Shown: in pieces, positions 1 through 10,130 of the stretch | Numbering within the stretch: the first letter of the stretch is position 1 | How the letters are laid out: every line of letters starts with the position of its first letter | Source: Acidobacteriota bacterium | GTDB taxonomy: Bacteria; Acidobacteriota; UBA6911 | Assembly: GCA_963664705.1 (NCBI GenBank) | Contig: OY761556.1 | Span: 6,528,001-6,592,000, forward strand | DNA length: 64,000 bases | Reading direction: 5' to 3' | The notes under the pieces: model-generated | The model's input: only the letters and a program-made list of their open reading frames with translations | The model's database searches: none | What the model was told of the DNA's origin: nothing | Translations under genes and position numbers: made by a program

Positions 1-922
1 GGAGATGCGCCGGGATGCCAATCCCCGTGTCCTTCACTTCCACGATAACCCAGGGATTATCAACCCTGGCGCTGACCTCGACCTTGCCCCCCGGCTTGTT
101 GTATTTGACGGCATTGCTGACCAGGTTCCCGATCAGCATCCCCAGGGTCGTCGCATCTCCGCGGACGGGCGGCAGCCCGGCGGCAATGTCGGTCAGGAAC
201 TGCACCTGCGCAGACGGGAGCGTGCGATGCTCCTGCACAATGCCGTCCACAATGCGCCGGAGGTCGGCGGATTCGCCGCGATTGCAGAGCGCACCCCGCT
301 CCAGCTTCGCCAGCGTCAGCCAGTCCTGGATCAGCGCGATCATTTCGCCGGTCCGGGTCTGCGAGCGGGTGATCCATTCCAGCGCCTCTGCCGGCAATTG
401 ATCGCGGGAGGAATAGAGGAGCACATCCAGGTATTGCTTGACTGCGCCCAGGGGTCCCTTCAACTGGTGCGACACCAGGGTGACGAACCGCCGCTCCGCC
501 TCTTCTTTCTGCCGGCGCAGCAGCTTGGTTTCCTGCGCCAGGCGCCAGCGTTCGCAGCCGCGGTCGATGATCAGGCGGAGTTCATTCGGGGTAAAGGGCT
601 TGGGAAGGAAATCGTAAGCCCCCATCTTCATGGCATCGACGGCCGTCTCAATCGTGGCGTACCCGGTGATGACCACGATCACAACCTCCGGATCGATCTT
701 GCGGACGATCTTGATGACCTCGAACCCGTCCAGCTCCGGCATTTTGATGTCGACCACGAGCAGGGGCGGCCGGATCTGCTTCAGGCGCTCGATCCCTTCG
801 TGCCCGTTGGCAAAGGTTTCGACCTTATACCCGGATTTCTGCAGGATCTGTTCGCACGAGAGGCGGATTATCTCGTCATCATCGATGACAATGATCACGT
901 TGTCTTGGGCGGAATTCGACAT
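1..922 (-). CDS. Hybrid response regulator/sensor histidine kinase (N-terminal receiver), 3' end outside the window
   Basis: Manual minus-strand translation from ATG at 922: MSNSAQDNVIIVIDDDEIIRLSCEQIL...LVVDIKMPELDG (receiver), then an H-box (VTLVSHQLK) and N-box (NLVSNAVKYN). Not in the ORF track because it runs off the edge. Confidence 0.85.
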   Translation of the reverse strand, partial: MSNSAQDNVIIVIDDDEIIRLSCEQILQKSGYKVETFANGHEGIERLKQIRPPLLVVDIKMPELDGFEVIKIVRKIDPEVVIVVITGYATIETAVDAMKMGAYDFLPKPFTPNELRLIIDRGCERWRLAQETKLLRRQKEEAERRFVTLVSHQLKGPLGAVKQYLDVLLYSSRDQLPAEALEWITRSQTRTGEMIALIQDWLTLAKLERGALCNRGESADLRRIVDGIVQEHRTLPSAQVQFLTDIAAGLPPVRGDATTLGMLIGNLVSNAVKYNKPGGKVEVSARVDNPWVIVEVKDTGIGIPAHL

Positions 923-1108
923 AGTCCCACCAGGGTGGTCCCGGGAATTAATCCAAATAATTGCGTTTCATGAAGATTGCTTGATCCCCGCTTTCCGCGG
1001 CACGGTATCAATAAAACGCAAAACCCCTGTCGAGTCAAGTTTTCCTTGGGCAGCAAAAATGGATTGCAGCGGCGGGCACCTTTCCTGCTATCCTGTCGAC
1101 AGCGAGGT

Positions 1109-1423
1109 ATGGAAATGGCTCAGAAGAAAAGCAGCAACATTATAATAGAGTGCCCCTGTTGCGGGGCGAACCTCACCATCGATTCGACGCTGGGCAAGGT
1201 GGTGAGCCATGAAGCGCCTCCGCCGAAACGCAGCGGCCTGGATTTGGACCATGCCGCGGCGCTTTTGAGAGAGCAGGCTGCGAAGCGCGAGGCGATTTTC
1301 AACCAGAGCAGCGCGGATGTGAAGATCCAGTCCCAGCTCCTCGAACGCAAGTTCGAAGAAGCCCTGGAAAAGAGCAAGAACACTCCCATCAGCAAACCGA
1401 CCCGCGACATCGACCTGGATTAG
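1109..1423 (+). CDS. Conserved small hypothetical protein with a CPCC zinc-ribbon-like start
   Basis: GAGGT RBS; IIIECPCCGANLTID...RKFEEAL...PTRDIDLD. Confidence 0.7.
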   Translation: MEMAQKKSSNIIIECPCCGANLTIDSTLGKVVSHEAPPPKRSGLDLDHAAALLREQAAKREAIFNQSSADVKIQSQLLERKFEEALEKSKNTPISKPTRDIDLD

Positions 1424-1582
1424 CCGAATTCCTGGAATTTGTGGCAGAAGCATAGCTCCTTTTTCTGCCACTAATTCCACGGATTGTACGGCCCGCCTGC
1501 CTCTCCCGGTACTTGCCTCTCTAGTAAAAATTGATTAGAGTAATGGTTTTCATTAACAGCTGAATGCTCTGGAGGGGAGATC

Positions 1583-1819
1583 GTGGGAGATACTGACCGC
1601 GGCGATGTGGAAATCGCCAGCCATTTATGCAAGGGATGCGGCTTGTGTATCGCGGCATGTCCTGCCGGAGTTCTGATCCAAGGCACTGCTTTGAACCGCC
1701 AGGGGTATTACGCAGTTACCTATAAAGGGTCGGGATGCACCGGCTGCGGCATCTGCTTTTATGTTTGCCCGGAGCCCGGTGCCATTGCGGTCCGCGTGCG
1801 CAAAGTGAAAAAAGGATAA
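1583..1819 (+). CDS. 2x[4Fe-4S] ferredoxin, delta subunit of 2-oxoacid:ferredoxin oxidoreductase
   Basis: [12 protein letters not shown] and [12 protein letters not shown] motifs; first gene of the operon. Confidence 0.9.
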   Translation: MGDTDRGDVEIASHLCKGCGLCIAACPAGVLIQGTALNRQGYYAVTYKGSGCTGCGICFYVCPEPGAIAVRVRKVKKG

Positions 1820-1834
1820 GTTGGGAGGCAGTGG

Positions 1835-2899
1835 ATGCGTCATTTGCTTAAAGGAAACGATGCGGTTGTCCGGGGGGCCATTGCGGCCGGGTGTAAAGCC
1901 TATTTCGGCTATCCGATTACCCCTGCCAGTGAAATCGCGGAACAGGCATCGGTTTTACTTCCGGACTCCGGGGGCGTGTTTATCCCGGCCGAAAGTGAAA
2001 TCGGCGCTATTCAAATGATGTTCGGTGCTGCTTCTGCCGGTGTCCGGTCCATGACGGCGTCTTCCGGGCCCGGAATCAGCCTGATGCAGGAAGGTGTTTC
2101 CTACATGGCCGGGGCCTCGCTTCCCGGTGTCATCGTGGACGTTACGCGCGCGGGTCCCGGCCTGGGAAACCTCGGCGTGGAGCAGTCCGATTACCTGCAG
2201 CTGGTCAAAGGCGGCGGACACGGCAGCTATCATACGCCGGTCTTTGCCCCCAACAGCGTTCAGGAAATGTGCGATCTGACGATCCATGCGTTCGATGTGG
2301 CCGATCGCTACCGCACACCGGTTTACGTTCTTGCCGACGGCGCCCTCGGGCAGATGATGGAGCCGATCGAAATTCCTGACAGCGCGCCGGCAGAGCCGGA
2401 GAAGCCCTGGGCCGTGGTGGGGAATGCCGAAACCCGGAAGAACCTGATCACTTCCATCTACCTGGAGCATGCACGCCAGGAAATCCTCATCACCGAGCTG
2501 GAAGAGCGGTATGCGGAAATGGAAAAGAAGGAAGTCCTGTCGCAGGAGTACGCGACGGAAGATGCCCAGGTGCTGATAGTCGCCTATGGAATCAGCAGCC
2601 GGATTGCGCATGCCGCCGTTGAAATTGCCCGGGAAAGCGGATCCAAGGTCGGGCTGCTTCGGCCCATCAGCCTGTATCCATTCCCATCGACCCGGCTGCG
2701 TCAACTGGCAGGAAAAGCTTTTTCAATTCTCGTATTGGAACTCAGCAGCGGACAGCTGATTGAAGATGTCAAACTGCACGTCGGAGGAATCACTCCGGTG
2801 CAACTGCTCCGACGCACCGGCGGGATGATGCCGACGGCTGAGGATGTAGTGCAGGCGATCAAAAAAATGGAGAAAGAGTGTGTGGGAAATATCGCATAG
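1835..2899 (+). CDS. vorB: 2-oxoacid (ketoisovalerate-type):ferredoxin oxidoreductase alpha subunit
   Basis: YFGYPITPASEI, ESEIGAI, SSGPGISL and RAGPGLG motifs. Confidence 0.88.
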   Translation: MRHLLKGNDAVVRGAIAAGCKAYFGYPITPASEIAEQASVLLPDSGGVFIPAESEIGAIQMMFGAASAGVRSMTASSGPGISLMQEGVSYMAGASLPGVIVDVTRAGPGLGNLGVEQSDYLQLVKGGGHGSYHTPVFAPNSVQEMCDLTIHAFDVADRYRTPVYVLADGALGQMMEPIEIPDSAPAEPEKPWAVVGNAETRKNLITSIYLEHARQEILITELEERYAEMEKKEVLSQEYATEDAQVLIVAYGISSRIAHAAVEIARESGSKVGLLRPISLYPFPSTRLRQLAGKAFSILVLELSSGQLIEDVKLHVGGITPVQLLRRTGGMMPTAEDVVQAIKKMEKECVGNIA

Positions 2900-4298
2900 A
2901 AGACCTGCTACATTTTATGACCGGTTCGAGCGCAAGGGCGGCGATACGGAAATAACGCACTACTGCCCCGGGTGCGGACACGGCGTTCTGCATAAGATGA
3001 TCGCCGAAACCATTGAAGAATTCGGAATTCAGGATCGATCGATCCTGGTCAACCCGGTGGGATGTGCCGTGTTCATGTACTACTACATGGACGTCGGCAA
3101 TATCCAGGCGTCTCATGGCAGGGCCCCGGCCGTTGCCACGGGCGTCAAACGGGTGCGACCCGATGCCATCGTCTTTGCCTACCAGGGGGATGGCGACCTG
3201 GCGGCGATCGGCGGCAATGAAATTCTGCACGCTGCGAACCGCGGGGAACCGATCACCGTCTTTTTCGTGAACAATGGCATTTACGGGATGACCGGCGGAC
3301 AGATGGCGCCGACGACTCCTCTGGGGGAAAGAACGACCACCTCGCCCCGGGGCCGATCCTTTGGAGTTGAAGGCCCGCCCATGCGCATGTGCGAGCTGCT
3401 GGCGACCCTGGATGGCCCGGCCTACATTGAACGCGTGGCGCTGACCGATCCCAAGAACCATATGAAGGCGCGGAAGGCCGTCCGCAAGGCTTTCCAAAAT
3501 CAGATCGAAGGACGCGGGTTTTCCTTTGTTGAAGTGCTGGCCGCGTGCCCGAGCGGATGGAAGTGCTCGCCCGTGGAAGCTATTCACTGGGTGGAAAAGC
3601 ATATGTACCCGACGTTCCCGGTCAACGTATTCCGGGATATCGACCACAAGGCCGACTTCAGCGCGCAGCCGCATAGGAAATTGCCGGTCACCAAACAGGC
3701 CGGTGCCGTAGAAGAGCCGCCGGCTCCGCCGATACTCGGCGCGGTTGCCGGGGGAAAGCTGAAGGATGTTTCCTTGACGTTGAGCGGGTTCGGCGGGCAG
3801 GGCGTGCTGTTTACCGGGCTGGCCCTGGCCGAAGGCGCCGTGAGAGAAGGGCTCGAAGTGACCTGGATCCCGTCCTACGGACCGGAGATGCGGGGCGGTA
3901 CGGCCCATTGCCACGTGCGTCTGTCGAAGCATTCCATCGCCTCGCCCTGGATCAGCCGTCCCTCCAGCCTGATGGCATTCAATCAGCCGTCCATCGAGAA
4001 GTTTGCGCACGAGCTTCTTCCCGGCGGGCTGCTGTTCGTGAATTCGTCCATGGTCCAGGATCTTCCCGATCGCTCCGACATCCGTGTCCTTCGCATTCCT
4101 GCTACGGAAGCGGCCTCGGAAATGGGCAATACCAAGGCCGCCAACATGATCATGCTGGGGGCATACCTGGAAGTGACGCGCGCCGTGGAGCAGGAGTCGA
4201 TTCTGGCCGCGTTCGCCGAGCATGGCATCAAACCGAACATGCTGCAAAGCAACCGCGACGCGATCGAGCGCGGCCGAAAGCTTGCAAGCCAGTCGTAA
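2880..4298 (+). CDS. 2-oxoacid:ferredoxin oxidoreductase, fused beta (TPP-binding) and gamma subunits
   Basis: HYCPGCGHG, GDGD...NNGIYGMTGGQ (beta), then GFGGQG...PSYGPEMRGG (gamma). Confidence 0.9.
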   Translation: MWEISHRRPATFYDRFERKGGDTEITHYCPGCGHGVLHKMIAETIEEFGIQDRSILVNPVGCAVFMYYYMDVGNIQASHGRAPAVATGVKRVRPDAIVFAYQGDGDLAAIGGNEILHAANRGEPITVFFVNNGIYGMTGGQMAPTTPLGERTTTSPRGRSFGVEGPPMRMCELLATLDGPAYIERVALTDPKNHMKARKAVRKAFQNQIEGRGFSFVEVLAACPSGWKCSPVEAIHWVEKHMYPTFPVNVFRDIDHKADFSAQPHRKLPVTKQAGAVEEPPAPPILGAVAGGKLKDVSLTLSGFGGQGVLFTGLALAEGAVREGLEVTWIPSYGPEMRGGTAHCHVRLSKHSIASPWISRPSSLMAFNQPSIEKFAHELLPGGLLFVNSSMVQDLPDRSDIRVLRIPATEAASEMGNTKAANMIMLGAYLEVTRAVEQESILAAFAEHGIKPNMLQSNRDAIERGRKLASQS

Positions 4299-4336
4299 CC
4301 GTTGAGGGTTCGGAGGGGCGGCTGAAAGCCGATCTT

Positions 4337-4530
4337 TCACCCCTGCCGGGGCTCATTCTCGCGCTTATCTCTACCAGGGGTTCGCTGCGCTCACCCCTGG
4401 CTATTTTCTGACCGCCCCTGCCGGGGCTGATATGATTGCGATTCCAGGTTCCCTGGGCAAATAGTATGCCCTTCCGGGGCTGATTTGATTGCGAAATAGT
4501 ATGTAGCATCAACCGAAATAGCGGTGCTTC
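4337..4530. repeat. REP-like palindromic element (family A), unoccupied paralogue of the IS110 target site
   Basis: CCCTGCCGGGGCT...CCAGGGGTTCGCTGCGCTCACCCCTGGCTA...GATTGCGATTCC, nearly the same as the sequence on both sides of the IS at 28950-29035 and 30576-30650. Confidence 0.85.
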
Positions 4531-4744
4531 CAGTGCGCACTGCCAAAAAAAGGTCGTAACCGTTGAGGGGTGCGGGTGAAATCATCCTCCGCACCCCGGA
4601 ATCCCAACTAAAGTGTTAATACCCTCTCCCGTTCCGCACCGCAGAAATCGCTGGCCTGGACCTGCCAATTGCTCTAAAATGAGGGGTACTTCACACACAA
4701 ACGAGTGTCTGAAATATCTGGGGATTTTTCTACAAGGTGAAAGC

Positions 4745-7700
4745 ATGAATAGACAGATGGTTACCATCGATGGTAACGAGGCCGCAGCCTATGTGGCCTA
4801 CAACACCAACGAAGTTATCGCGATTTATCCGATTACTCCATCCTCCGCAATGGGAGAATGGGCGGATGCCTGGGCCGCCGAAGGCCGCAAAAATATCTGG
4901 GGCATGATTCCTTCGGTGACTGAAATGCAGAGTGAAGGAGGCGCCGCCGGTGCTGTTCATGGGGCTTTGCAGACGGGAGCCATGACGACAACGTTCACGG
5001 CGTCGCAGGGCTTGTTGCTGATGATCCCCAACATGTACAAGATTGCGGGCGAATTGACGCCCACAGTCTTCAATGTTTCGGCACGCGCCATTGCAGCTCA
5101 CGCATTGTCTATTTTTGGCGATCATAGCGATATCATGGCGGTCCGGTCTACGGGCTGGGCTCTGCTTGCGGCGAATTCGGTTCAAGAGATCATGGACCTT
5201 GGGCTGATCGCGCAGGCCGCGACTCTCGAGGCCAGGGTGCCCTTTATCCATTTCTTCGATGGCTTCCGCAGTTCGCACGAAGTCATGAAGATCGAACAGC
5301 TGACGATGGATGATCTCCGCGCCATGATCGATGACGACCTGGTTCGCGCGCATCGCATGCGCCGACTGTCCCCGGAACATCCGGTGATCCGAGGGACCGC
5401 GCAGAATCCCGATGTCTTCTTCCAGGCGCGCGAAGCCTGCAACGCGTACTACCTGGCTACGCCTGCTATCGTGCAGAAGGCGATGGATAAATTCGCCTCG
5501 ATCGTCGGACGGCAGTACCACCTGTTCGATTACGAAGGATCCCCGGACGCGGAACGCGTGATCGTCATCATGGGGTCCGGTGCCGAATCCACGCAGGAAA
5601 CCGCGGAGTTCCTGAACGCCCGCGGCGAAAATGTCGGACTCCTGAAGGTGCGCCTGTTCCGCCCCTTCTCCGGCATGGATTTGATCCGGGCGCTTCCGGT
5701 CAGCACGCGCACGATCGCCGTTCTCGATCGCAGCAAGGAGCCGGGCGCTTCCGGCGAACCGCTCTATAAAGATGTGGTCACCGCGGTGGCCGAGGCCTTC
5801 GCGGCCGGAAACCTGCCTCTGAAGAAATTCCCCAAGATCATCGGCGGCCGCTACGGACTCTCGTCCAAGGAATTTACGCCTGCGATGATCAAGGGCGTCT
5901 ACGACGAGATGCAGAAGGAAAATCCGAAGAACTATTTCAGTGTCGGGATCAAGGACGACGTTACCAATAACTCGATCGACTACGATCCGGGTTTTGAAAC
6001 CGAAGCCGATTTCTCCCGGTGCCTTTTCTATGGCCTGGGTGCGGACGGAACGGTCGGCGCCAACAAGAATTCGATCAAGATCATCGGTGAAGACACCCCG
6101 AATTACGCGCAAGGCTATTTCCATTACGATTCCCGCAAGTCCGGCACGATGACGGTCTCGCACCTCCGCTTCGGCGCCAAGCCGATCCACTCGATCTATC
6201 TTGTCGACAAAGCAAATTTCGTAGCCTGCCACCAGTTCGTCTTTCTCGAACGGTACGACATGCTGCGGGACGCAATTCCCGGAGCCACGTTCCTTCTGAA
6301 CAGCCCCTATGGGCCGGAAGAAGTATGGGACAACCTCCCGCGCAGCGTGCAGAAGCAGATTATCGACAAGAACATCAAGTTCTATGTGATTGACGGCTAC
6401 AAGGTCGCCAAGGCAACCGGGATGGGCGCTCGCGTGAATACGATCATGCAGACCTGCTTCTTCGCCATCTCCGGTGTGCTGCCGCGCGATGAGGCGATTG
6501 AGTCCATCAAGTACTCGATCAAGAAGACGTACGGATCCAAAGGCGAAGAGGTCGTTAAGAAAAACTTCAAGGCGGTCGAAGAGACCCTCGCAAATCTGTT
6601 TGAAGTAAAGGTTCCCAGGGATGTGACCAGCAAGATTGAGCGGCCGCCGGCCGTGCCTCCGCAGGCGCCTGAATTCGTGCAAACCTTTACAGCACGGATT
6701 ATTGCCGGGGAGGGAGATCTGCTGCCGGTGAGCGCGTTCCCCGCGGATGGAACATTCCCCACCGGAACCGCGCAGTGGGAGAAGCGCAACATCGCGCTCG
6801 AAATCCCTTCGTGGAATCCCGACATCTGTATCCAGTGCGGCAAATGCTCGCTCTCGTGCCCGCATGCAGCCATCCGGATCAAAGCCTACGATGAAAAGTA
6901 CCTGGCCAATGCCCCGGCGACTTTCAAATCCATGAAAGCCAAAGGCATGGATTTCGGCGCCAACATGAATTACACCATCCAGGTTGCGCCGGAAGACTGC
7001 ACCGGCTGCGGAGTCTGCGTGGAAATGTGCCCCGCGCGGAACAAAAAAGAAGTGCGGCTCAAGGCCATCAATATGGTGCCGCAGAGTCCCGTCCGGATGC
7101 AGGAAAGAGAGAATTTCGAATTCTTCCTCAACCTTCCCGAATATGACCGGCGCCTGGTTCGCCTGAGCAGCGTGAAGACGAACCAGCTTCTACAGCCTCT
7201 CTTTGAGTTTTCGGGCGCCTGCTCGGGCTGCGGCGAGACGCCGTATCTCAAGCTCATGACGCAGCTCTTCGGCGACCGCATGCTGATCGCCAACGCGACC
7301 GGATGCTCCTCCATTTACGGCGGCAACCTTCCGACGACGCCCTATACGTATAATAAGGAAGGGAGAGGACCGGCCTGGGCCAATTCGCTGTTTGAGGATA
7401 ATGCCGAGTTCGGTCTTGGTTTCCGCCTGACTGTCGACCAGCACACCAGCGTTGCCAAGGATCTGCTGCAGAAACTCGCTCCCGAAATCGGCGATACCCT
7501 GGTTACGGAATTGCTGAATGCGAAACAAACGGATGAAGCCGGCATCTATGAGCAGAGAGATCGCGTTAAAGCCCTGGTCGATCGACTGAACAGCATCGGG
7601 TCGTCGGATGCCAAGAGCCTCGTATCTCTTGCCGATTACCTGGTCAAGAAAAGCGTCTGGATCGTGGGCGGAGACGGCTGGGCCTACGATATCGGCTATG

Positions 7701-8311
7701 GCGGGCTGGATCACGTGCTTGCTTCAGGGCGGAATGTGAATATCCTGGTGCTGGATTCCGAGGTCTACTCGAATACCGGCGGCCAGATGTCGAAATCGAC
7801 GCCGCGCGCCGCGGTGGCCAAATTTGCCGCGGGCGGCAAACCGGTTTCCAAGAAGGATCTCGGGTTGCACGCCATGAATTACGGAAGCGTATATGTCGCG
7901 ACGGTCGCGATGGGCGCCAACGATGCCCAGACCATCCGCGCCTTCCTCGATGCGGAGGCTTACGATGGGCCTTCGATGATCATTGCGTACAGCCACTGCA
8001 TCGCGCACGGGATCGACATGACGAAAGGGAATCAGCAGCAGAAGGCGGCCGTGAATAGCGGACACTGGCTATTGTACCGCTATGATCCGCGCCTCGCGCA
8101 GCAGGGGAAGAATCCCCTGGTCCTGGATTCCAAGGCTCCTTCCATCCCGATGAAGGATTATGCCTACGCCGAAACACGCTACAAGATGCTTACGCTCAGC
8201 CAGCCCGAAGAGGCGAAACGCCTCCTGCAGATGGCGCAGGATGACATTGCCACGAGATACCAGTTCTATCAGCAGATGGCCGGCTTGAATTATGAGAACG
8301 GAAACGATTAG
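4745..8311 (+). CDS. nifJ: Pyruvate:ferredoxin (flavodoxin) oxidoreductase, single-chain
   Basis: AIYPITPSS, MQSEGGAAG, CIQCGKC/CTGCGVC, SGACSGCGETPY, GGDGWAYDIG; about 1190 aa. Confidence 0.97.
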   Translation: MNRQMVTIDGNEAAAYVAYNTNEVIAIYPITPSSAMGEWADAWAAEGRKNIWGMIPSVTEMQSEGGAAGAVHGALQTGAMTTTFTASQGLLLMIPNMYKIAGELTPTVFNVSARAIAAHALSIFGDHSDIMAVRSTGWALLAANSVQEIMDLGLIAQAATLEARVPFIHFFDGFRSSHEVMKIEQLTMDDLRAMIDDDLVRAHRMRRLSPEHPVIRGTAQNPDVFFQAREACNAYYLATPAIVQKAMDKFASIVGRQYHLFDYEGSPDAERVIVIMGSGAESTQETAEFLNARGENVGLLKVRLFRPFSGMDLIRALPVSTRTIAVLDRSKEPGASGEPLYKDVVTAVAEAFAAGNLPLKKFPKIIGGRYGLSSKEFTPAMIKGVYDEMQKENPKNYFSVGIKDDVTNNSIDYDPGFETEADFSRCLFYGLGADGTVGANKNSIKIIGEDTPNYAQGYFHYDSRKSGTMTVSHLRFGAKPIHSIYLVDKANFVACHQFVFLERYDMLRDAIPGATFLLNSPYGPEEVWDNLPRSVQKQIIDKNIKFYVIDGYKVAKATGMGARVNTIMQTCFFAISGVLPRDEAIESIKYSIKKTYGSKGEEVVKKNFKAVEETLANLFEVKVPRDVTSKIERPPAVPPQAPEFVQTFTARIIAGEGDLLPVSAFPADGTFPTGTAQWEKRNIALEIPSWNPDICIQCGKCSLSCPHAAIRIKAYDEKYLANAPATFKSMKAKGMDFGANMNYTIQVAPEDCTGCGVCVEMCPARNKKEVRLKAINMVPQSPVRMQERENFEFFLNLPEYDRRLVRLSSVKTNQLLQPLFEFSGACSGCGETPYLKLMTQLFGDRMLIANATGCSSIYGGNLPTTPYTYNKEGRGPAWANSLFEDNAEFGLGFRLTVDQHTSVAKDLLQKLAPEIGDTLVTELLNAKQTDEAGIYEQRDRVKALVDRLNSIGSSDAKSLVSLADYLVKKSVWIVGGDGWAYDIGYGGLDHVLASGRNVNILVLDSEVYSNTGGQMSKSTPRAAVAKFAAGGKPVSKKDLGLHAMNYGSVYVATVAMGANDAQTIRAFLDAEAYDGPSMIIAYSHCIAHGIDMTKGNQQQKAAVNSGHWLLYRYDPRLAQQGKNPLVLDSKAPSIPMKDYAYAETRYKMLTLSQPEEAKRLLQMAQDDIATRYQFYQQMAGLNYENGND

Positions 8312-8320
8312 CAGATCAGA

Positions 8321-8352
8321 GACGGGGCGAAAAAGGCCGCCCCGTCCGTTTT
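8321..8352 (+). terminator. Hairpin after nifJ, probable intrinsic terminator
   Basis: GACGGGGCG-8 nt-CGCCCCGTC followed by a short T tract. Confidence 0.5.
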
Positions 8353-8375
8353 ATCACGAGTGACTGAGGAGGTTT

Positions 8376-8744
8376 ATGCAGAAGCGGTTTCCCATGATCG
8401 TTGTAACAGTGGTAGCAGTGGTGATTTGTGTTGGCCTCGCCCTGGCGGCGCAGGCACCAAAATCGACGAAGATCGGAAAAGATCAGTGCCTGGGTTGCCA
8501 CGGGCCTTTCGAAAAGATTGCCAAGGCAACGGAGAATTTCAAGACCCCCGCGGGCGATACGTCCACGCCCCACCGGTATGTGCCGCATGACAGCCAGGAT
8601 GTTCCGGAATGCACCGAGTGCCATATCCAGCACCCGATTCCGCCGAAGGACAAGTCAGAGGTGGAGAAACCGAAAGATGTGCAGTTCTGCTATGACGGTT
8701 GCCATCATATGAAGAATTTGCAGTCCTGCAAAACCTGCCACTAG
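8376..8744 (+). CDS. Small secreted tetraheme c-type cytochrome
   Basis: Signal peptide; CLGCH, CTECH, CYDGCH (CX3CH), CKTCH; GAGGAGG RBS. Confidence 0.85.
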   Translation: MQKRFPMIVVTVVAVVICVGLALAAQAPKSTKIGKDQCLGCHGPFEKIAKATENFKTPAGDTSTPHRYVPHDSQDVPECTECHIQHPIPPKDKSEVEKPKDVQFCYDGCHHMKNLQSCKTCH

Positions 8745-8745
8745 A

Positions 8746-8838
8746 AATTGACGATTTACGATTGACGATTGACGATTTGAAAAGCGCGATTTGGTTTTTC
8801 AATCGTCAATCGTCAATCGTAAATCTAAAATCGTAAAC
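8746..8838. repeat. Inverted pair of heptamer tandem arrays, (TTGACGA)n ... (TCGTCAA)n
   Basis: Read directly between convergent genes. Confidence 0.85.
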
Positions 8839-8841
8839 AGA

Positions 8842-10047
8842 TTACTTATTCTCCAGCTTGACTAATTCAGCAATGTGCCGGCCAATCGCAATGGACGCTG
8901 TGGCCGCAGGCGAAGGCGCGTTCAGGACATGAACGGCATTCGGCGCCTCCTCAATCAGGAAATCATCCACCAGTGAGCCTGCCGACGTAACGATTTGCGC
9001 GCGCACACCCGCTCCTCCGGGGTTGAGATCTTCGTCTTTGAGTTCGGGGACAAGCCGCTGCAGTGCTTTCAGGAAGGCGCTCCGGCTCAGGGACCGGTAA
9101 AGTTCGTAGACTTCCGTGCGCCAGTACTTCCATCCCATGATCCAGAATCCTTTGAAGGCCAGCATGGACGCCATGTCTTTCAGGCTGACATTGTGGAATT
9201 TGTAGCCTTCGCGGGCGAAGGCCAGAACCGCATTCGGACCCGCTTCATAGTCGCCGGCAATCCGTTTGGTAAAATGAACGCCGAGAAACGGGAACTGCGG
9301 ATCGGGAACGGGGTAGATCAGGCCCTTGACCATGCGGCATTCGGGCCGCAGCGAGTAGTATTCCCCGCGGAAGGGGATGATGAGCGCGTCGGGATTCAAG
9401 CCCATCATGCGCGCCACCGCGTCCGAATGAAGCCCCGCGCAGTTGACGAGATTTCTGCAGCGGAAAGTGGCACCGGTGGTCTCGAGCGTGAAAGTTCCTT
9501 CTGATCGCGTGATTCCCAGGACGCGGGTCGAGCAGAAGATATTTCCTCCCGCCGCTTTGATGCGGGCTCCCATGGCATTGGAGACCTTGGTATAGTCGGT
9601 GATGGCTGTGATGGGGGAATAGAGCGCGCGCACGGCTTTGGCATGAGGCTCGATTTCCCGCGTTCGTTCCGGGCCAATGAGTTCGAGCCCCTGGATCCCG
9701 TTTGCTGTCCCTCTTTCATAGAGATTCTGGAGCCGGGGTAATTCGTCTTCCGTTGTGGCTACGATCAGCTTGCCGCAGCGGTCGTAAGGGACGCTGTTTT
9801 CTTCGCAGAACTGGATCATGAGGCGGCCGCCTTCAACGCAGAGCTTTGCTTTGTAGGATCCCGGCTTGTAGTAGATCCCGGCATGAATCACGCCGCTGTT
9901 GTGCCCGGTCTGGTGATCCGCCAGCACAGGTTCTTTTTCCAGGATTGCGAGCGAGGCTTTCGGGAACTTTGCCTGCAGGGCCATGGCTGTTGCCAGTCCG
10001 ACAATACCGCCTCCGATGATTGCAATGTCGTATTTTTGAGTCTCCAT
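8842..10047 (-). CDS. lhgO: L-2-hydroxyglutarate oxidase
   Basis: GGGIVG FAD motif, HQTGHNSGVIHAGIYYKPGS, PFRGEYY, PFLGVHFT, NAPSPAATAS. Confidence 0.92.
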   Translation of the reverse strand: METQKYDIAIIGGGIVGLATAMALQAKFPKASLAILEKEPVLADHQTGHNSGVIHAGIYYKPGSYKAKLCVEGGRLMIQFCEENSVPYDRCGKLIVATTEDELPRLQNLYERGTANGIQGLELIGPERTREIEPHAKAVRALYSPITAITDYTKVSNAMGARIKAAGGNIFCSTRVLGITRSEGTFTLETTGATFRCRNLVNCAGLHSDAVARMMGLNPDALIIPFRGEYYSLRPECRMVKGLIYPVPDPQFPFLGVHFTKRIAGDYEAGPNAVLAFAREGYKFHNVSLKDMASMLAFKGFWIMGWKYWRTEVYELYRSLSRSAFLKALQRLVPELKDEDLNPGGAGVRAQIVTSAGSLVDDFLIEEAPNAVHVLNAPSPAATASIAIGRHIAELVKLENK

Positions 10048-10065
10048 CGCGGTTCTCCCCCCGGA

Positions 10066-10130
10066 TAAAATTTCAAATTTCCGGCATCTGGAATTTGAAA
10101 TCTGAAATCCGAAATCTGGAATCCAAAATC
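10066..10130. repeat. Heptamer array (GAAATCT/GGAATCT)n
   Basis: Degenerate 7-bp periodic units. Confidence 0.75.

Noticed and set aside
5-973. 322-aa plus-strand ORF
   Set aside because: Antisense shadow of the minus-strand receiver/kinase gene, which has clear motifs.
4730-6865. Long antisense ORFs (also 2859-4340, 41220-43286, 52266-53387, 54499-55704, 55896-57755)
   Set aside because: They mirror well-supported genes on the other strand, which is common in GC-rich DNA, and carry no recognisable motifs.
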